In this document: positions 18,942-30,668 of the stretch, piece by piece
Position numbering within the stretch: the stretch's first letter is position 1
Layout: each line of letters opens with the position of its first letter
DNA from: Bacilli bacterium
GTDB lineage: Bacteria > Bacillota_I > Bacilli_A > RF39 > UBA660
Direction of reading: 5' to 3'
NCBI GenBank assembly: GCA_051872765.1
Contig: JBJEED010000091.1
Location: forward strand, 17,878-81,877
Length of the DNA stretch: 64,000 nt
Notes under the pieces: model-generated
Told to the model about the DNA's origin: nothing
The model's database searches: none
Seen by the model: only the letters and a program-made list of their open reading frames with translations
Program-made: the position numbers and the translations under genes

Positions 18942-19508
18942 ATGAAGTTAATAGTAGGTTTGGGTAATCCTGGTAATAATTATACTAATACTAGACATAA
19001 TTGTGGATTTAGAGCAATTGATTTTTATGCTAAAAAGAATTCATTAACTTTTAAAAATAAATATAATGGTGAATATTGTGAAAATATTATTAATGGTGAA
19101 AAAATAATACTATTAAAGCCTCAAACTTTTATGAATTTATCTGGTGAATGTGTTGTTAAATTTTTTAATTATTATAATTTGGAACTTAAGGATGTACTAA
19201 TAATATATGATGAAGTAGATTTAGAAGTAGGTAGTTTTAAAATTAAAAGAGGTGGTAGAGATAATGGCCACAATGGAATAAAAAATATAATTAATCAATT
19301 AAAAAGTGAAGATGTTTATAGATTAAAAATAGGTATATCTAAAAATAAAAATATACCTAGGATGGATTATGTGCTTGGAAAATTTAGTGATGAAGATAAT
19401 AAAAAATTAAATAAATTATTTGATATAACTTCAAAAATAATTGAAGATTTTTCTTACATGACAATAGACGAACTTATGCAAAAATATAATGGTAATTCAA
19501 ATGAATAA
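18942..19508 (+). CDS. pth: Peptidyl-tRNA hydrolase
   Basis: MKLIVGLGNPG...TRHNCGF...GHNG motifs; start taken at ATG 18942. Confidence 0.9.
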   Translation: MKLIVGLGNPGNNYTNTRHNCGFRAIDFYAKKNSLTFKNKYNGEYCENIINGEKIILLKPQTFMNLSGECVVKFFNYYNLELKDVLIIYDEVDLEVGSFKIKRGGRDNGHNGIKNIINQLKSEDVYRLKIGISKNKNIPRMDYVLGKFSDEDNKKLNKLFDITSKIIEDFSYMTIDELMQKYNGNSNE

Positions 19509-22500
19509 ATATTTATGTTTAGAATTATTTGATTTTGATATTTATAAATATAAAAAAATATCAATAAATAAAAATGAAATATATAATCAATTATTGTTAT
19601 ATATCTTTTTTAAATCTAATAAAGATATGTTATTAGTTATACCAACTTTAAATGAGGCTACTGATGTATATAATTCATTAAAAAATTATATTGATAATGT
19701 ATATTTATTTCCTGAAGATGATATTATAACTAAAAAAGCAATAGCATCTTCTCCTGAACTTTTATTTATGAGAGCAAATCTTTTAAATAGGCTGAATGAT
19801 GAAAATAATAAAATAATAATAGTTCACTTAAATAGTTTCATTAAAAAATTACCTAGTAAGAGTGTATTTAAAAATAATAAAATAAAATTAAATATTGGTG
19901 ATAAGATAAATAGAGATGAATTAATCAATAAACTAAATATGAATGGTTATAAAAGAGAAAGTGCTGTATATGATGTATCAGATTACGCAGTCAGAGGTTT
20001 TGTAATTGATGTATTTCCAATAGAAGAAAAAAATCCAATACGAATAGAATTTTTTGATAATGAGATAGAAAATATAAGATATTTTGATCCTTTAACTCAA
20101 AAATCAATTGAAAATATAAATAGTATTGATATAGGTATTATAAAAGATGATTTTGCAGATAACACTTCATCTATTAGAGAGTATTTAAATGATAGTATTA
20201 CTATATTTAGTGATTATAATCAACTTATTGAACAAGAAAAAATGAATTTACCGCAAATTAAATATTTGAATCTTGAGAAAGAATTATTTAAAGTTAAGGA
20301 TTTAATAAATGAAGATGATATTTTTATTGATACAATTAATAATAAAAATTTTGATTTAAATATAGAGGCAAAAAGTATTGATAAATATGATTATAATAAA
20401 GAAAAATTTGTTATGGATATTAAAAATAATAATGGTTTTTTATGTACTACAAATAAATTGTTAATTAATGAAATTAAAAATATTGATAAATCTATCAAAA
20501 TATTAGATTATACACTTAATAATGGATTTGTGTATAAAAATTCTTATTATTTTTCAGAATTTGATTTATATAATGGATATTCAAATAAAAATAAAGTAAA
20601 AGAAACGACATATGGAAATAAAATAATGTCAATAGATAGTATAAATATTGGAGATTATGTTGTACACAGAAAGTCAGGAATAGGAATATATAAGGGTATT
20701 ACTACTATTGAAAAAAATGGTATGAAAATGGATTATTTATTAATTCAATATAAAGGTAATGATAAACTATATTTACCAGTAGAAGATATATCTAAATTAT
20801 ATAAGTATTCTTCTAAAGAAGGAGTAAAGCCTACAATTAATAAATTAAATAGTGTTGAATGGACAAAAACTAAACTTAGAATAAAAGATCGTATTAAGAA
20901 TATAACAGGAGAATTACTTAAAATATATAAAGAAAGAAATAAAGCAACAATTAAACCTTTTGAAAAAGATGATGAAAGTCAAATGATATTTGAATCTGAA
21001 TTTGAATATGATGAAACTGTTGATCAATTAAAAGCAATAGAAGAGATTAAAAGAGATCTTGAAAAACCAAGGCCAATGGAAAGATTACTATGTGGTGATG
21101 TTGGCTATGGAAAAACTGAAGTTGTATTTAGAGCAATGTATAAAGCAGTAATTAATGGTAAACAAGTAGCATATCTATGTCCGACAACTCTTTTGTCACA
21201 TCAACAATATGATTCTGCTATAAAAAGATTTAAGAATTATGGTATAAATATAGATTTGATAAATAGACATTTTACTAACAAACAAATTCAATTAAAATTA
21301 AATAGGTTAAAAGAAGGTAAGATAGATATAATATTTGGTACTCATAGACTTTTAAGTAATGATGTTGAGTTTAAAGATTTAGGACTTTTAGTAATTGACG
21401 AAGAACATAGATTTGGAGTTGAGCAAAAAGAGAAAATGAAAAAAATTAAGTCTAATGTCCATGTATTATCAATTTCTGCAACTCCTATACCAAGATCTTT
21501 ACAAATGTCTTTAGTGGGCATTAGAGATTTATCGTTGATTGAAAGTGCACCTAAAAATAGATTTCCAGTTCAAACATATGTTATAGAATATAATGAAATG
21601 CTATTAAGAGAAGTAATATTAAAAGAAATGTCTAGAAATGGTCAATCATTTATTTTATATAACAATATCACTAATATGGAAAATCTTGTAAATAAATATA
21701 AAAAACTTATACCAGAAGCTAGAATCTGTTATGCACATGGAAAAATGACTAAAAACCAAATGCAAGATATTATATATGATTTTACTAATAAGAAATACGA
21801 TGTTCTTGTAAGTACAACTATTATTGAAAATGGTATTGATATACCAAATGCAAATACTATTGTTGTAATTGATAGTGATAGATTTGGTTTAAGTCAATTA
21901 TATCAAATTAGGGGTCGTGTAGGTAGGAGTGATAAGATTGCTTATGCTTATTTAATGTATAAAAAAGTTCTTACAGGTACTGCTTTAAAGAGGCTTGAAG
22001 CAATCAAAGAATTTACTGAACTTGGAAGTGGTTATAAAATATCTATGCGTGATTTAGCAATAAGGGGTGCTGGTGATATTCTTGGTAAAGAACAGGCTGG
22101 GTTTATTGATTCAGTTGGAGTAAATATGTATTTAGATTTAATCAATGAAGAGGTAAATGGTATAGATTTAGATAGTGAGGAAGATAAAGAAGCAATTCCA
22201 ATTAATGTAGAAACTCATATTGGTAGTGAGTATACAGATGAGAGTAACATAGTTATAGAATTACATAAAAAAATTAATGGTATAACTAATAAAAAAGAAC
22301 TAAATGAAGTTTTATCTGAAATAAGAGATAGATTTGGAATGACAAATCATTCTCTAGAAATATACGCTCATGAAAAATATCTAGAAAAATTAATTATGAT
22401 TACTATGGTAAAAGTATTAATTAATGATAATTTAAAAGTTGTATTAAAATTAAAAAGAGAAGTATATGAACAATTAAATATAGAAAATTTATTTTATGAA

Positions 22501-22647
22501 ACAACTAAAATAAGTAATAAGTTTAATTTTCAGTATAAAAATGATTCAATATTAATTACTTTACTTAAGGCTAGTTTACAAAAAAATTATATATATTATT
22601 TAGAAGAATTATTAGAACTTATTTATAATATGAAATTTAAAGTATAA
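19489..22647 (+). CDS. mfd: Transcription-repair coupling factor
   Basis: SF2 helicase motifs GDVGYGKTEV and DEEHRFG, TRG motif, pth-mfd-spoVT order. Confidence 0.9.
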   Translation: MVIQMNKYLCLELFDFDIYKYKKISINKNEIYNQLLLYIFFKSNKDMLLVIPTLNEATDVYNSLKNYIDNVYLFPEDDIITKKAIASSPELLFMRANLLNRLNDENNKIIIVHLNSFIKKLPSKSVFKNNKIKLNIGDKINRDELINKLNMNGYKRESAVYDVSDYAVRGFVIDVFPIEEKNPIRIEFFDNEIENIRYFDPLTQKSIENINSIDIGIIKDDFADNTSSIREYLNDSITIFSDYNQLIEQEKMNLPQIKYLNLEKELFKVKDLINEDDIFIDTINNKNFDLNIEAKSIDKYDYNKEKFVMDIKNNNGFLCTTNKLLINEIKNIDKSIKILDYTLNNGFVYKNSYYFSEFDLYNGYSNKNKVKETTYGNKIMSIDSINIGDYVVHRKSGIGIYKGITTIEKNGMKMDYLLIQYKGNDKLYLPVEDISKLYKYSSKEGVKPTINKLNSVEWTKTKLRIKDRIKNITGELLKIYKERNKATIKPFEKDDESQMIFESEFEYDETVDQLKAIEEIKRDLEKPRPMERLLCGDVGYGKTEVVFRAMYKAVINGKQVAYLCPTTLLSHQQYDSAIKRFKNYGINIDLINRHFTNKQIQLKLNRLKEGKIDIIFGTHRLLSNDVEFKDLGLLVIDEEHRFGVEQKEKMKKIKSNVHVLSISATPIPRSLQMSLVGIRDLSLIESAPKNRFPVQTYVIEYNEMLLREVILKEMSRNGQSFILYNNITNMENLVNKYKKLIPEARICYAHGKMTKNQMQDIIYDFTNKKYDVLVSTTIIENGIDIPNANTIVVIDSDRFGLSQLYQIRGRVGRSDKIAYAYLMYKKVLTGTALKRLEAIKEFTELGSGYKISMRDLAIRGAGDILGKEQAGFIDSVGVNMYLDLINEEVNGIDLDSEEDKEAIPINVETHIGSEYTDESNIVIELHKKINGITNKKELNEVLSEIRDRFGMTNHSLEIYAHEKYLEKLIMITMVKVLINDNLKVVLKLKREVYEQLNIENLFYETTKISNKFNFQYKNDSILITLLKASLQKNYIYYLEELLELIYNMKFKV

Positions 22648-22686
22648 AAAATAATAAAATATTCACACTATAAATAGGGTGAATAA

Positions 22687-23184
22687 ATGAAGAATACTGG
22701 TATAGTAAGAAAGATAGATGAGCTTGGAAGAATTGTACTTCCAAAAGAATTAAGAAAAAGCTTAAATATTGCGACTGGAGATGACTTTCAAATCACATTG
22801 GATGATGAAAAAATAATTTTAGAGCGATACTCTAAATTAAAAAACTACAATGATGAGTTAATTAAAATAACTAATTGTTTCTCATCTATACTTAATTATA
22901 AAATATATATAGTTGTAAACAATAAAGCACTTGGAATTAATGATGAAGTAAACTCTGGTGTTATGAAAATTATACAAGAGAGAAAGTTTTTTGTAAATGA
23001 TCATGAAGAAAGATTAAACATTTTAATGAATACAATTGATGAAGGAAAGTCAGTTATACAACCTATTGTTATAGATAGTGATTTACTTGGAGCAATAATA
23101 ATAGTTGGAAAAGATAAAATAGAGAACATAGTTAATACTTCTAAAATTATTAATAATATAATAAAATCAAATATATTAAATTAG
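22687..23184 (+). CDS. spoVT: Stage V sporulation protein T (AbrB-family regulator with GAF-like C-terminus)
   Basis: N-terminus MKNTGIVRKIDELGRIVLPKELRKSLNI is a SpoVT/AbrB swapped-hairpin; it follows mfd. Confidence 0.85.
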   Translation: MKNTGIVRKIDELGRIVLPKELRKSLNIATGDDFQITLDDEKIILERYSKLKNYNDELIKITNCFSSILNYKIYIVVNNKALGINDEVNSGVMKIIQERKFFVNDHEERLNILMNTIDEGKSVIQPIVIDSDLLGAIIIVGKDKIENIVNTSKIINNIIKSNILN

Positions 23185-23285
23185 AATAACATTCGTTTAT
23201 TCTTTTTTATTATCAAAATAAATAATTGAAAAAAATATTAGATTAATGTATATTATAAAAAGATTGCTTAAAAGGAGGTATATGA

Positions 23286-24029
23286 ATGATAGATAGTCAT
23301 GCACATATATTAAGTGAATATTATGAAGATATAGATTCATTAATTAAAGAACTTAAAAGTAAAAAAATATCAAAAGTTATTAATTGCGCTAGTGGTTTTA
23401 AAGATATAGATGAAATATTAAATTTATCAAAAAAATATAATGGATTTTTATATCCAGCGATAGGAATTCATCCAGAAAATGTAAATGATTTAGATAATAT
23501 AGAAAAATTAGAAGATTTAATTAAAAATAATGAAATAATAGCAATAGGGGAAATTGGTCTTGATTATTATTGGACTAAAGATAATAAAGAATTACAAAAA
23601 GAATTATTTATCAAGCAACTAGATTTAGCAGAAAAGTATAATTTACCTATAATTGTTCATATTAGAGATAGTATAGGTGATTGTTATGATATATTAAAGA
23701 CAAGAAAGTTAAAAGGAATCATTCATTGTTATAGTGGAAGTTATGAAATGGCAATTAATTTTATAAAGTTAGGATATAAATTAGGCATTGGTGGTGTATT
23801 AACATTTAAAAATTCCAAGTTAGGAGAATTAATAGAAAAAATAGGGATAAATGATTTAGTATTAGAAACTGATAGTCCATACTTATCTCCAGAACCTTTT
23901 AGAGGTAAACAAAATAATCCTTATAATGTCTATTATGTTTTAAATAAGCTTTCTCTAATAACTGGGATTGATAATAAAAAAATATTAGAAGTGACTAATA
24001 ATAATATTACTTCAATTTTTGACATTTAA
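23286..24029 (+). CDS. tatD: TatD-family metal-dependent DNase
   Basis: MIDSHAHI start, TIM-barrel hydrolase motifs (GEIGLDY, HCYSG). Confidence 0.9.
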   Translation: MIDSHAHILSEYYEDIDSLIKELKSKKISKVINCASGFKDIDEILNLSKKYNGFLYPAIGIHPENVNDLDNIEKLEDLIKNNEIIAIGEIGLDYYWTKDNKELQKELFIKQLDLAEKYNLPIIVHIRDSIGDCYDILKTRKLKGIIHCYSGSYEMAINFIKLGYKLGIGGVLTFKNSKLGELIEKIGINDLVLETDSPYLSPEPFRGKQNNPYNVYYVLNKLSLITGIDNKKILEVTNNNITSIFDI

Positions 24030-24068
24030 AAGTACTTATTATATAATCTCATTAGGAGATGTATTGTA

Positions 24069-24626
24069 GTGAAGGAATATATAAGAACAAAAATATTTCA
24101 AACTGTTCAAACAATTGTCGTTATAGTGATTGTTTTTTTTACTTTTACAACTTCATCTATTGATACAACTAGTTTAGCTGTTGCATTTAATTTTAACTTA
24201 TCTAATTATGTAGATAAAGATAAAATTGAGAAAACTCAATTAGAGTTATATAAAGAAGGGCTTTATAATCCATTATTCTCTTTTACCGGAGATTTAACTG
24301 GTTATGTAGGAGACTGTCCATTATGTTCTGGATATCTTGCTTGTCCTCCTAATACAAATGTATTAAAAGAAGGGATATATTATAATGATGCAACATATGG
24401 AAATGTAAGAATAGTTGCTAGTAGTAAAAATTATCCTTGTGGAACTATATTAGAATTTGAAGTTGGAAAAATATCTAACGAACCAATTATAGCAATAGTG
24501 TTAGATAGAGGTGTTGGTGGTAATGATATAGACTTATTAACGGATTCACAAGATTATGCAATTAAAACAATAGGGAGAGTAAAAAATCAGGAATTTAAAG
24601 TACTTAGAGAAGGATGGAAGAGATGA
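24069..24626 (+). CDS. YabE-like membrane-anchored 3D-domain protein (GTG start)
   Basis: N-terminal TM; C-terminal 3D domain with conserved Asp residues (GNVRIVASS...LDRGVGGNDIDLLT); lies between tatD and ksgA as yabE does in Bacillus. Confidence 0.7.
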   Translation: MKEYIRTKIFQTVQTIVVIVIVFFTFTTSSIDTTSLAVAFNFNLSNYVDKDKIEKTQLELYKEGLYNPLFSFTGDLTGYVGDCPLCSGYLACPPNTNVLKEGIYYNDATYGNVRIVASSKNYPCGTILEFEVGKISNEPIIAIVLDRGVGGNDIDLLTDSQDYAIKTIGRVKNQEFKVLREGWKR

Positions 24627-25402
24627 AGAGTTTTAATTATAAAAAATCATTAGGACAAAATTTCTTAAAAGATAAAAATATTATTAAAAAAATATCTGAT
24701 AATATTAATCCTAATGAGAATGATTTAATTGTTGAAATTGGTCCAGGAGCAGGTGCATTAACGAAAGAACTTGTAAAAAAGGATTGTGATATCATATGTT
24801 TTGAAATAGATGAACGTTTAAAAGAAATATTAGAATCAATTGATTCAGATAGAATTAATATATTCTTTAAAGATTTTTTGAAAGTAAATTTAAGTGAATA
24901 TGTAGATACAAAAAAATACAATCATATTTATTTTGTAGGAAACTTACCTTATTATATAACAACGGCAATTATAAATAAGATAATTAGTGAATCTGATCCT
25001 TATGAAATAATTATAATGGTTCAAAAAGAAGTAGGAGAAAGATTTTCTTCAAGTCCAAATTCAAAAAACTATAACTCATTGTCAGTTTTCTTACAATATA
25101 ATTTTGATATAAAAAAAATAGTAAATGTTCCTAAGCAAAGTTTTACACCGGTACCTAAAGTAGATAGCATGGTTATAAAATTAAAAAAGAATAAAAAGTA
25201 TATAGTTAATGATGAAGAATATTTTTATAAATTTGTAAAGGATGCATTTACTCAAAAAAGAAAAAATTTAAGAAATAATCTCAAGAATTATGATTTAAAT
25301 AAGCTGGATATTATATTAAAATCTATTGGTAAAGATTTATCATATAGAGCAGAGGCTATATCTGTTGATGAGTTTGTTAAAATAGTAAATGAATTGAAAT
25401 AA
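24614..25402 (+). CDS. rsmA: 16S rRNA (adenine1518/1519-N6) dimethyltransferase
   Basis: GQNFL, EIGPGAG SAM motif, NLPY. Confidence 0.9.
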   Translation: MEEMKSFNYKKSLGQNFLKDKNIIKKISDNINPNENDLIVEIGPGAGALTKELVKKDCDIICFEIDERLKEILESIDSDRINIFFKDFLKVNLSEYVDTKKYNHIYFVGNLPYYITTAIINKIISESDPYEIIIMVQKEVGERFSSSPNSKNYNSLSVFLQYNFDIKKIVNVPKQSFTPVPKVDSMVIKLKKNKKYIVNDEEYFYKFVKDAFTQKRKNLRNNLKNYDLNKLDIILKSIGKDLSYRAEAISVDEFVKIVNELK

Positions 25403-25527
25403 ATCAATTCTTTTTTTATGTAAATGCATAAAAAATCTAATAATAAAAAAGTAAATGATTTTAAAATTCAATATTGTATTTTAATTTAAAATTTTGTATA
25501 CTAATATAGAGAATACTATAAAGGGAA

Positions 25528-27423
25528 GTGGTTTATGTGATAGACTCATATTTTGCAAGTATTGGATTTACATTAAGTGGTTTATTATTTATGCTTACAG
25601 TATTTGTAATGTTTGTATCAAAAAAGAAAGAAAATAATGAAGAAAGTCGAATATTTTTTTATCTATTAATAATTACAATATTACTATTATTTTTAGAGTT
25701 TGCAACTAGTTATACAATTTCCAAAATAGATGAGTTAACATTATTAAATACTATTTTAGGCAGATTATATATCGTTCTTATATATCTTTGGGCAGGAGGA
25801 TTTTTATTATATATTACAACCTTACTACTTAATAATGAAGAAAAATATAAAAATAAAAATAAGAAAAAGTTTTTTACTATTTATATAATCGTATCTATTA
25901 TTGTAGCAATTCTTATGTCTATTATATTTAAAGTAGAGTATTCTAATGGTATGAATGGAACACCTTATGTTATAGGTGGAACAGCTATCACTATATTAAA
26001 TATATTAATTATTTTTGGAGGATTTTTATTAATAACAATTTTATCAAGTTATAAAAATATTATAAAGAATATTTGGATGACTCCTATTTATATAATAATA
26101 TTGGCTTTTATATTGATTACTTTACTTCAAACATTCTTTAATTATCAAATAAATGATACAGTATTATTTTTCTCGCTAATAATTGAAACTTTATATTTTA
26201 CAATTGAAAGTCAAGATAATAAATTATTAGAAGAATATAAAAAATCAAAAGAAGATGCAGAAATAGCTAATAAAGCAAAAACAGAGTTTTTGATTAATAT
26301 GTCACATGAAATCAGAACCCCAATGAATACAATTTTAGGATTTAGTGAATCTTTATTAAAAGATCCTGTACTTGTTGAAGAGACAGTTAAGAATGATTTA
26401 AAAAGTATTAATTCTGCAAGTTCAACTTTAATGGACTTAATTAACAATATATTAGATATATCAAGACTTGAAGCTGGTGAAGAAGTATTAAATGATTCTG
26501 AGTATAATTTAGAGACATTAATATTTGAAATTAATAGTTTAATTCCAGCAAAGATAGAAAAAGAAGAATTAAAATTTACTATTGAAATTAATGAAAGTAT
26601 ACCTAAAGGTTATTATGGTGATGCTTACAAATTAATTAAGATTTTATGCTATGTATTAAGAAATGCAATTGATTATACCAATTATGGAGAAATTAAACTT
26701 AATGTTGATGGTAAAAAAGTAGATGCACAAAACTTTGAATTTTGTTTCTTAGTTTCAAATACAGGTCATGCAATGACTCAAGAAAGTTTCAATATGGATT
26801 TTGCGGATTATGTAAAAATTGAAAATGCATCACAAAAAAATAATGTAAAAACTATTAATCTTGGGTTAATTATAGCAAAACAATTAACTGAGTTAATGGG
26901 CGGTGAAATTGAATTTGTTAATGAAAGAGGACATGGAACTAGATACTTTATTAGAATAAAGCAAAAAATAACTAATGAAGAAAAAATAGGAAATATATTT
27001 GAAAGTAATGCTGGACATGTTTCTAGTAGTAGAGATATATTAAATTGTGAAGGTAAGAAAGTTTTAATAGTTGATGATAGTGAAATAAATTTAAAACTAG
27101 CATCAAGGTATATGAGTCAATTTAATTTTACTGTTACTACTGCGACAAATGGAAAAGATTGTGTTGAATATATTAAAAATAATAATTATGATATAGTATT
27201 TATAGATCATATGATGCCAGATATGGATGGTGTTCAAACTGTTAAAGCTATGGAAGCAACTGGTAAAAAATTGCCACCAATAATTGCTCTAACAGCAAAT
27301 GGATATAAAGGTCTAAAAGAAAGATTTGTTTCAGAAGGTTTCACAGATTATCTTCAAAAACCACTTAATTTTAGAGATTTAAATAAATTAATCAATAGAA
27401 TATTTGGTCAAAATGGTAATTAG
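25528..27423 (+). CDS. Orphan hybrid sensor histidine kinase (polytopic N-term, HisKA, HATPase_c, C-terminal receiver)
   Basis: H-box [16 protein letters not shown]-box GLGLIIAKQ, receiver [12 protein letters not shown]...[14 protein letters not shown]. Confidence 0.8.
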   Translation: MVYVIDSYFASIGFTLSGLLFMLTVFVMFVSKKKENNEESRIFFYLLIITILLLFLEFATSYTISKIDELTLLNTILGRLYIVLIYLWAGGFLLYITTLLLNNEEKYKNKNKKKFFTIYIIVSIIVAILMSIIFKVEYSNGMNGTPYVIGGTAITILNILIIFGGFLLITILSSYKNIIKNIWMTPIYIIILAFILITLLQTFFNYQINDTVLFFSLIIETLYFTIESQDNKLLEEYKKSKEDAEIANKAKTEFLINMSHEIRTPMNTILGFSESLLKDPVLVEETVKNDLKSINSASSTLMDLINNILDISRLEAGEEVLNDSEYNLETLIFEINSLIPAKIEKEELKFTIEINESIPKGYYGDAYKLIKILCYVLRNAIDYTNYGEIKLNVDGKKVDAQNFEFCFLVSNTGHAMTQESFNMDFADYVKIENASQKNNVKTINLGLIIAKQLTELMGGEIEFVNERGHGTRYFIRIKQKITNEEKIGNIFESNAGHVSSSRDILNCEGKKVLIVDDSEINLKLASRYMSQFNFTVTTATNGKDCVEYIKNNNYDIVFIDHMMPDMDGVQTVKAMEATGKKLPPIIALTANGYKGLKERFVSEGFTDYLQKPLNFRDLNKLINRIFGQNGN

Positions 27424-27441
27424 GAAGGGAGTGAAATTAAG

Positions 27442-29283
27442 ATGACATTTGAATTAATATTAACTGAAGGTACAGTTGCATTTATACTATTATTATTAAT
27501 GATGTATTTTAAAAAACAAACCTTCAAAAACTTAAAGACATTTATGTTTAAATTATTATTAATATTTAGTTTATCCTTTTCTGCTTTTGAAATAATATCT
27601 GTATTATTGTTAGATGTAATAGATTCTAATTTAATAAATACTATTATATGGAAATTTCACTTTGTGATTAGCATGTTATTTAATTTAGTATTCTGCTATT
27701 ACATATTAAGTGCTTTATCTGAAGAAGAGAAAAAATCTTTTAAAGAACTTTTTACAGCTAGTTTAATATCTAAAATTGTATCTGTAATAATATTTATTAT
27801 CATAATAGGATATATTGTTTTGCCAATAGATAATATAAATCCAGAAACATTAAATTTTATTCCAAACTATAGTATATATTTTTATATAGCATGTGTATTA
27901 ATCGCATTAATTGTAACAATGATTACTTTGTCAAAAACAAAGAAAAAGATTTCTAAAAATAAAAAGCCTTATTATATTTATGCTACTATTATTCCTTTAG
28001 TTTTTATACCATTGCAAATAATATTTACTCAGGTTTCATTTTTACCTTTTGCATTAATATTACAATTATATGATTTATATTTCTTCATTGAAAATCCAGA
28101 TTTAGAAATCTTAGAAGAAATAACAACAGCACAAGGAGATATTGAACAATCTAATCAAACAAAAACAGATTTCTTATCTAATATGACATCTGAAATAAAA
28201 GTTCCAATGAATCTAATTGTTAGTTTATGTGATGAATTGACTAGTATGCCAGTATTTAATGAGAAACTTGTTAGAGAAGATATTTCACAAATATATACAT
28301 CAGGTAATAGTTTATTAGACATAGTAAATAATATATTAGATATATCTAAAATTGAAACAGGTAAAGGAACGCTTCAAGAAAGAGATTATAAAGTTAATAA
28401 TTTGTTAACTGATGTAATTAATATTGCTAAATCAAAAATTGGTGCTAAACAAGTAAAATTAATGGTCAATGTTGATCAAAATATATCATCTGTATTAAAT
28501 GGTGACTATTCTAAACTTTATCAGGCTTTGACAAATATAGTCACAAATGCTGCTAAATTCACGGATGTTGGTAAAATTACTTTTACATTAACTAGTACAA
28601 AAGCATCAAATGTCGAGAATCTATTATTTAAAATCAGTGATACTGGTTCAGGTATTAAAGAAGAAGAACAGGCAATGTTATTTCAAAAAGGTGTTAGACT
28701 TGCAAATGCTAAGCAAAGTGAGATTGAAGGTAGTGGTTTAGGACTAGCTATAACAAAAGAATATATTGAACTTTTGGGTGGTAAAATATGGTTTGATAGT
28801 CAATACAGAGTTGGTACTACTTTTTATATTGAAGTTCCACAAAAAATAGTTGATTCAACACCAGTAGGTGCAGCAAAAGAGAAAAAACAAACTACTGAAA
28901 AGCTTGATTGTTCTAAGTATACAGTGCTTATTGTAGATGATAATAACTTAAATATTAAAGTTGCAAAAAGACTTCTTGAAACTTACAAGTTTAAAGTTGA
29001 AAGTGTTACTTCTGGTAAAGATTGTGTTTATAAAATAAAGGAAGGAACACATTACGATGCAATATTCATGGATCATATGATGCCTGAGATGGATGGTATT
29101 GAAACATTACATGTACTTAAGAAATTAAATGGTTATGAATTACCTCCTATTATTGCATTAACTGCAAATGCAGTTGCAGGTATGAGAGAAATGTATCTAA
29201 GTGAAGGGTTTGATGAATATTTATCAAAACCAATAAATACTACTGACTTAGATAGAATAATTAATGAATTATTTAACAAATAA
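27442..29283 (+). CDS. Second orphan hybrid sensor histidine kinase, paralogous to the upstream gene
   Basis: Same architecture; receiver VLIVDDNNLNIKVA...AIFMDHMMPEMDG. Confidence 0.8.
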   Translation: MTFELILTEGTVAFILLLLMMYFKKQTFKNLKTFMFKLLLIFSLSFSAFEIISVLLLDVIDSNLINTIIWKFHFVISMLFNLVFCYYILSALSEEEKKSFKELFTASLISKIVSVIIFIIIIGYIVLPIDNINPETLNFIPNYSIYFYIACVLIALIVTMITLSKTKKKISKNKKPYYIYATIIPLVFIPLQIIFTQVSFLPFALILQLYDLYFFIENPDLEILEEITTAQGDIEQSNQTKTDFLSNMTSEIKVPMNLIVSLCDELTSMPVFNEKLVREDISQIYTSGNSLLDIVNNILDISKIETGKGTLQERDYKVNNLLTDVINIAKSKIGAKQVKLMVNVDQNISSVLNGDYSKLYQALTNIVTNAAKFTDVGKITFTLTSTKASNVENLLFKISDTGSGIKEEEQAMLFQKGVRLANAKQSEIEGSGLGLAITKEYIELLGGKIWFDSQYRVGTTFYIEVPQKIVDSTPVGAAKEKKQTTEKLDCSKYTVLIVDDNNLNIKVAKRLLETYKFKVESVTSGKDCVYKIKEGTHYDAIFMDHMMPEMDGIETLHVLKKLNGYELPPIIALTANAVAGMREMYLSEGFDEYLSKPINTTDLDRIINELFNK

Positions 29284-29285
29284 TA

Positions 29286-29330
29286 TATACCTTTAGAGTA
29301 TTAAATTATACTTTAAAGGTATTTTTATTT
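29286..29330 (+). terminator. Rho-independent terminator after the histidine-kinase pair
   Basis: ATACCTTTAGAGTAT / ATACTTTAAAGGTAT stem followed by a T-run. Confidence 0.55.
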
Positions 29331-29392
29331 ATTAATTACGATATTTAAAATAATTATAGTATTATTTTAAATTTTGATAAATATATTTTAAT

Positions 29393-30142
29393 ATGAATAG
29401 TAAATTTAAAGTTGGTGACTATGTCACAAGAAAAAAATATAATAATGATATCGTATTCAAAATTAAAAGCATAAATAGAGATGTGATTATTTTAAGTGGC
29501 GTAGATGTTAGATTATATGCAGATGCATATGCTAATGATTTAGTATTAACATCAATTAGTAAAAAAAAAGAAGAGATAAGCACACTTAGAAGTTTAGATG
29601 TGGATAAATATTTTTATATTCCTGGTAAAGTACTTCATATAGATGCAGATAAGAATTATTTGGAAAAATGTAAAGAATATTATGAAACACAAAAAGTAAA
29701 GTATTATGGTTATATATTTAAAGAAAAAGATTTTAAAGAAAAAGTAAATAATCTTATTCAAAAACATAAGCCTGAAATTGTTGTTATAACTGGTCATGAT
29801 GCATATTATAAAAATAATAAATATAAGAATAGTAAATATTTTATTGATGCTGTTAAACAAATTCGAGATAAATATCCAAATGTAATTATAATAGCGGGAG
29901 CTTGTCAAAGTGATTATGAGGGACTTATAAAAGCAGGTTCAACATTCGCATCAAGTCCATCACATATTAATATTCATGCTTTAGATCCAGCTATAATTGC
30001 TTCATATATAGCACTAACTAGTAAAGATAAAACTATTGATTTAATAGAAATGTTATCAAAGACAAAGTATGGTAGTGAGGGAATAGGTGGATTTGTGATT
30101 AATGGTACTATGAAGATGGGATATCCAAGAAAAAAGGAATAA
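29393..30142 (+). CDS. yabG: Sporulation-specific protease YabG
   Basis: N-terminus MNSKFKVGDYVTRKKYNNDIVFKIKSI resembles YabG; yabG-veg order. Confidence 0.8.
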   Translation: MNSKFKVGDYVTRKKYNNDIVFKIKSINRDVIILSGVDVRLYADAYANDLVLTSISKKKEEISTLRSLDVDKYFYIPGKVLHIDADKNYLEKCKEYYETQKVKYYGYIFKEKDFKEKVNNLIQKHKPEIVVITGHDAYYKNNKYKNSKYFIDAVKQIRDKYPNVIIIAGACQSDYEGLIKAGSTFASSPSHINIHALDPAIIASYIALTSKDKTIDLIEMLSKTKYGSEGIGGFVINGTMKMGYPRKKE

Positions 30143-30180
30143 AATAATAAAAAAATAATATTCTTAAATAAGGTGATAAA

Positions 30181-30396
30181 TTGAATATTGAACAAATAAA
30201 AAATAAGTTAAAAAATTTTGGTAAATCTAAAATTAAAATAAAAGTAAATCTAGGTCGTAATAAGTATGAGTATTATGAGGGATATATAAATAAGATGCAT
30301 CCTAATATTTTTGTTGTTGAAACTAATAAAGGAATAAAATCTTTTTCTTATTCTGATGTAGTTATTAAAAATGTAATATTAACTAAATTTAATTAA
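30181..30396 (+). CDS. veg: Veg (biofilm-stimulating small protein), TTG start
   Basis: 71 aa; NLGRNKYEYYEGYINKMHPNIFVVE...FSYSDVV matches the Veg consensus. Confidence 0.85.
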   Translation: MNIEQIKNKLKNFGKSKIKIKVNLGRNKYEYYEGYINKMHPNIFVVETNKGIKSFSYSDVVIKNVILTKFN

Positions 30397-30668
30397 AATC
30401 AGTTTAAGATATTATTTACTTTATATATAAATATAATGTATTAATATTTGTATGCTTAGAAATAAAACTTAAAATAATAGTAAAACTAATTAGTAATTGT
30501 TGTTAATAATCTTATAATTATTTTTATATTGTCTTTGATTAATAAGATAAAAAATGCTTAAACTTCAATATTTAAATCGTTGACTGCTGATATATTATGA
30601 TGTATAATTTATGTATAGTAGTCTATATTTATAAGTTATTATAAATTTAAATAGAAAGGATCGAAGAA

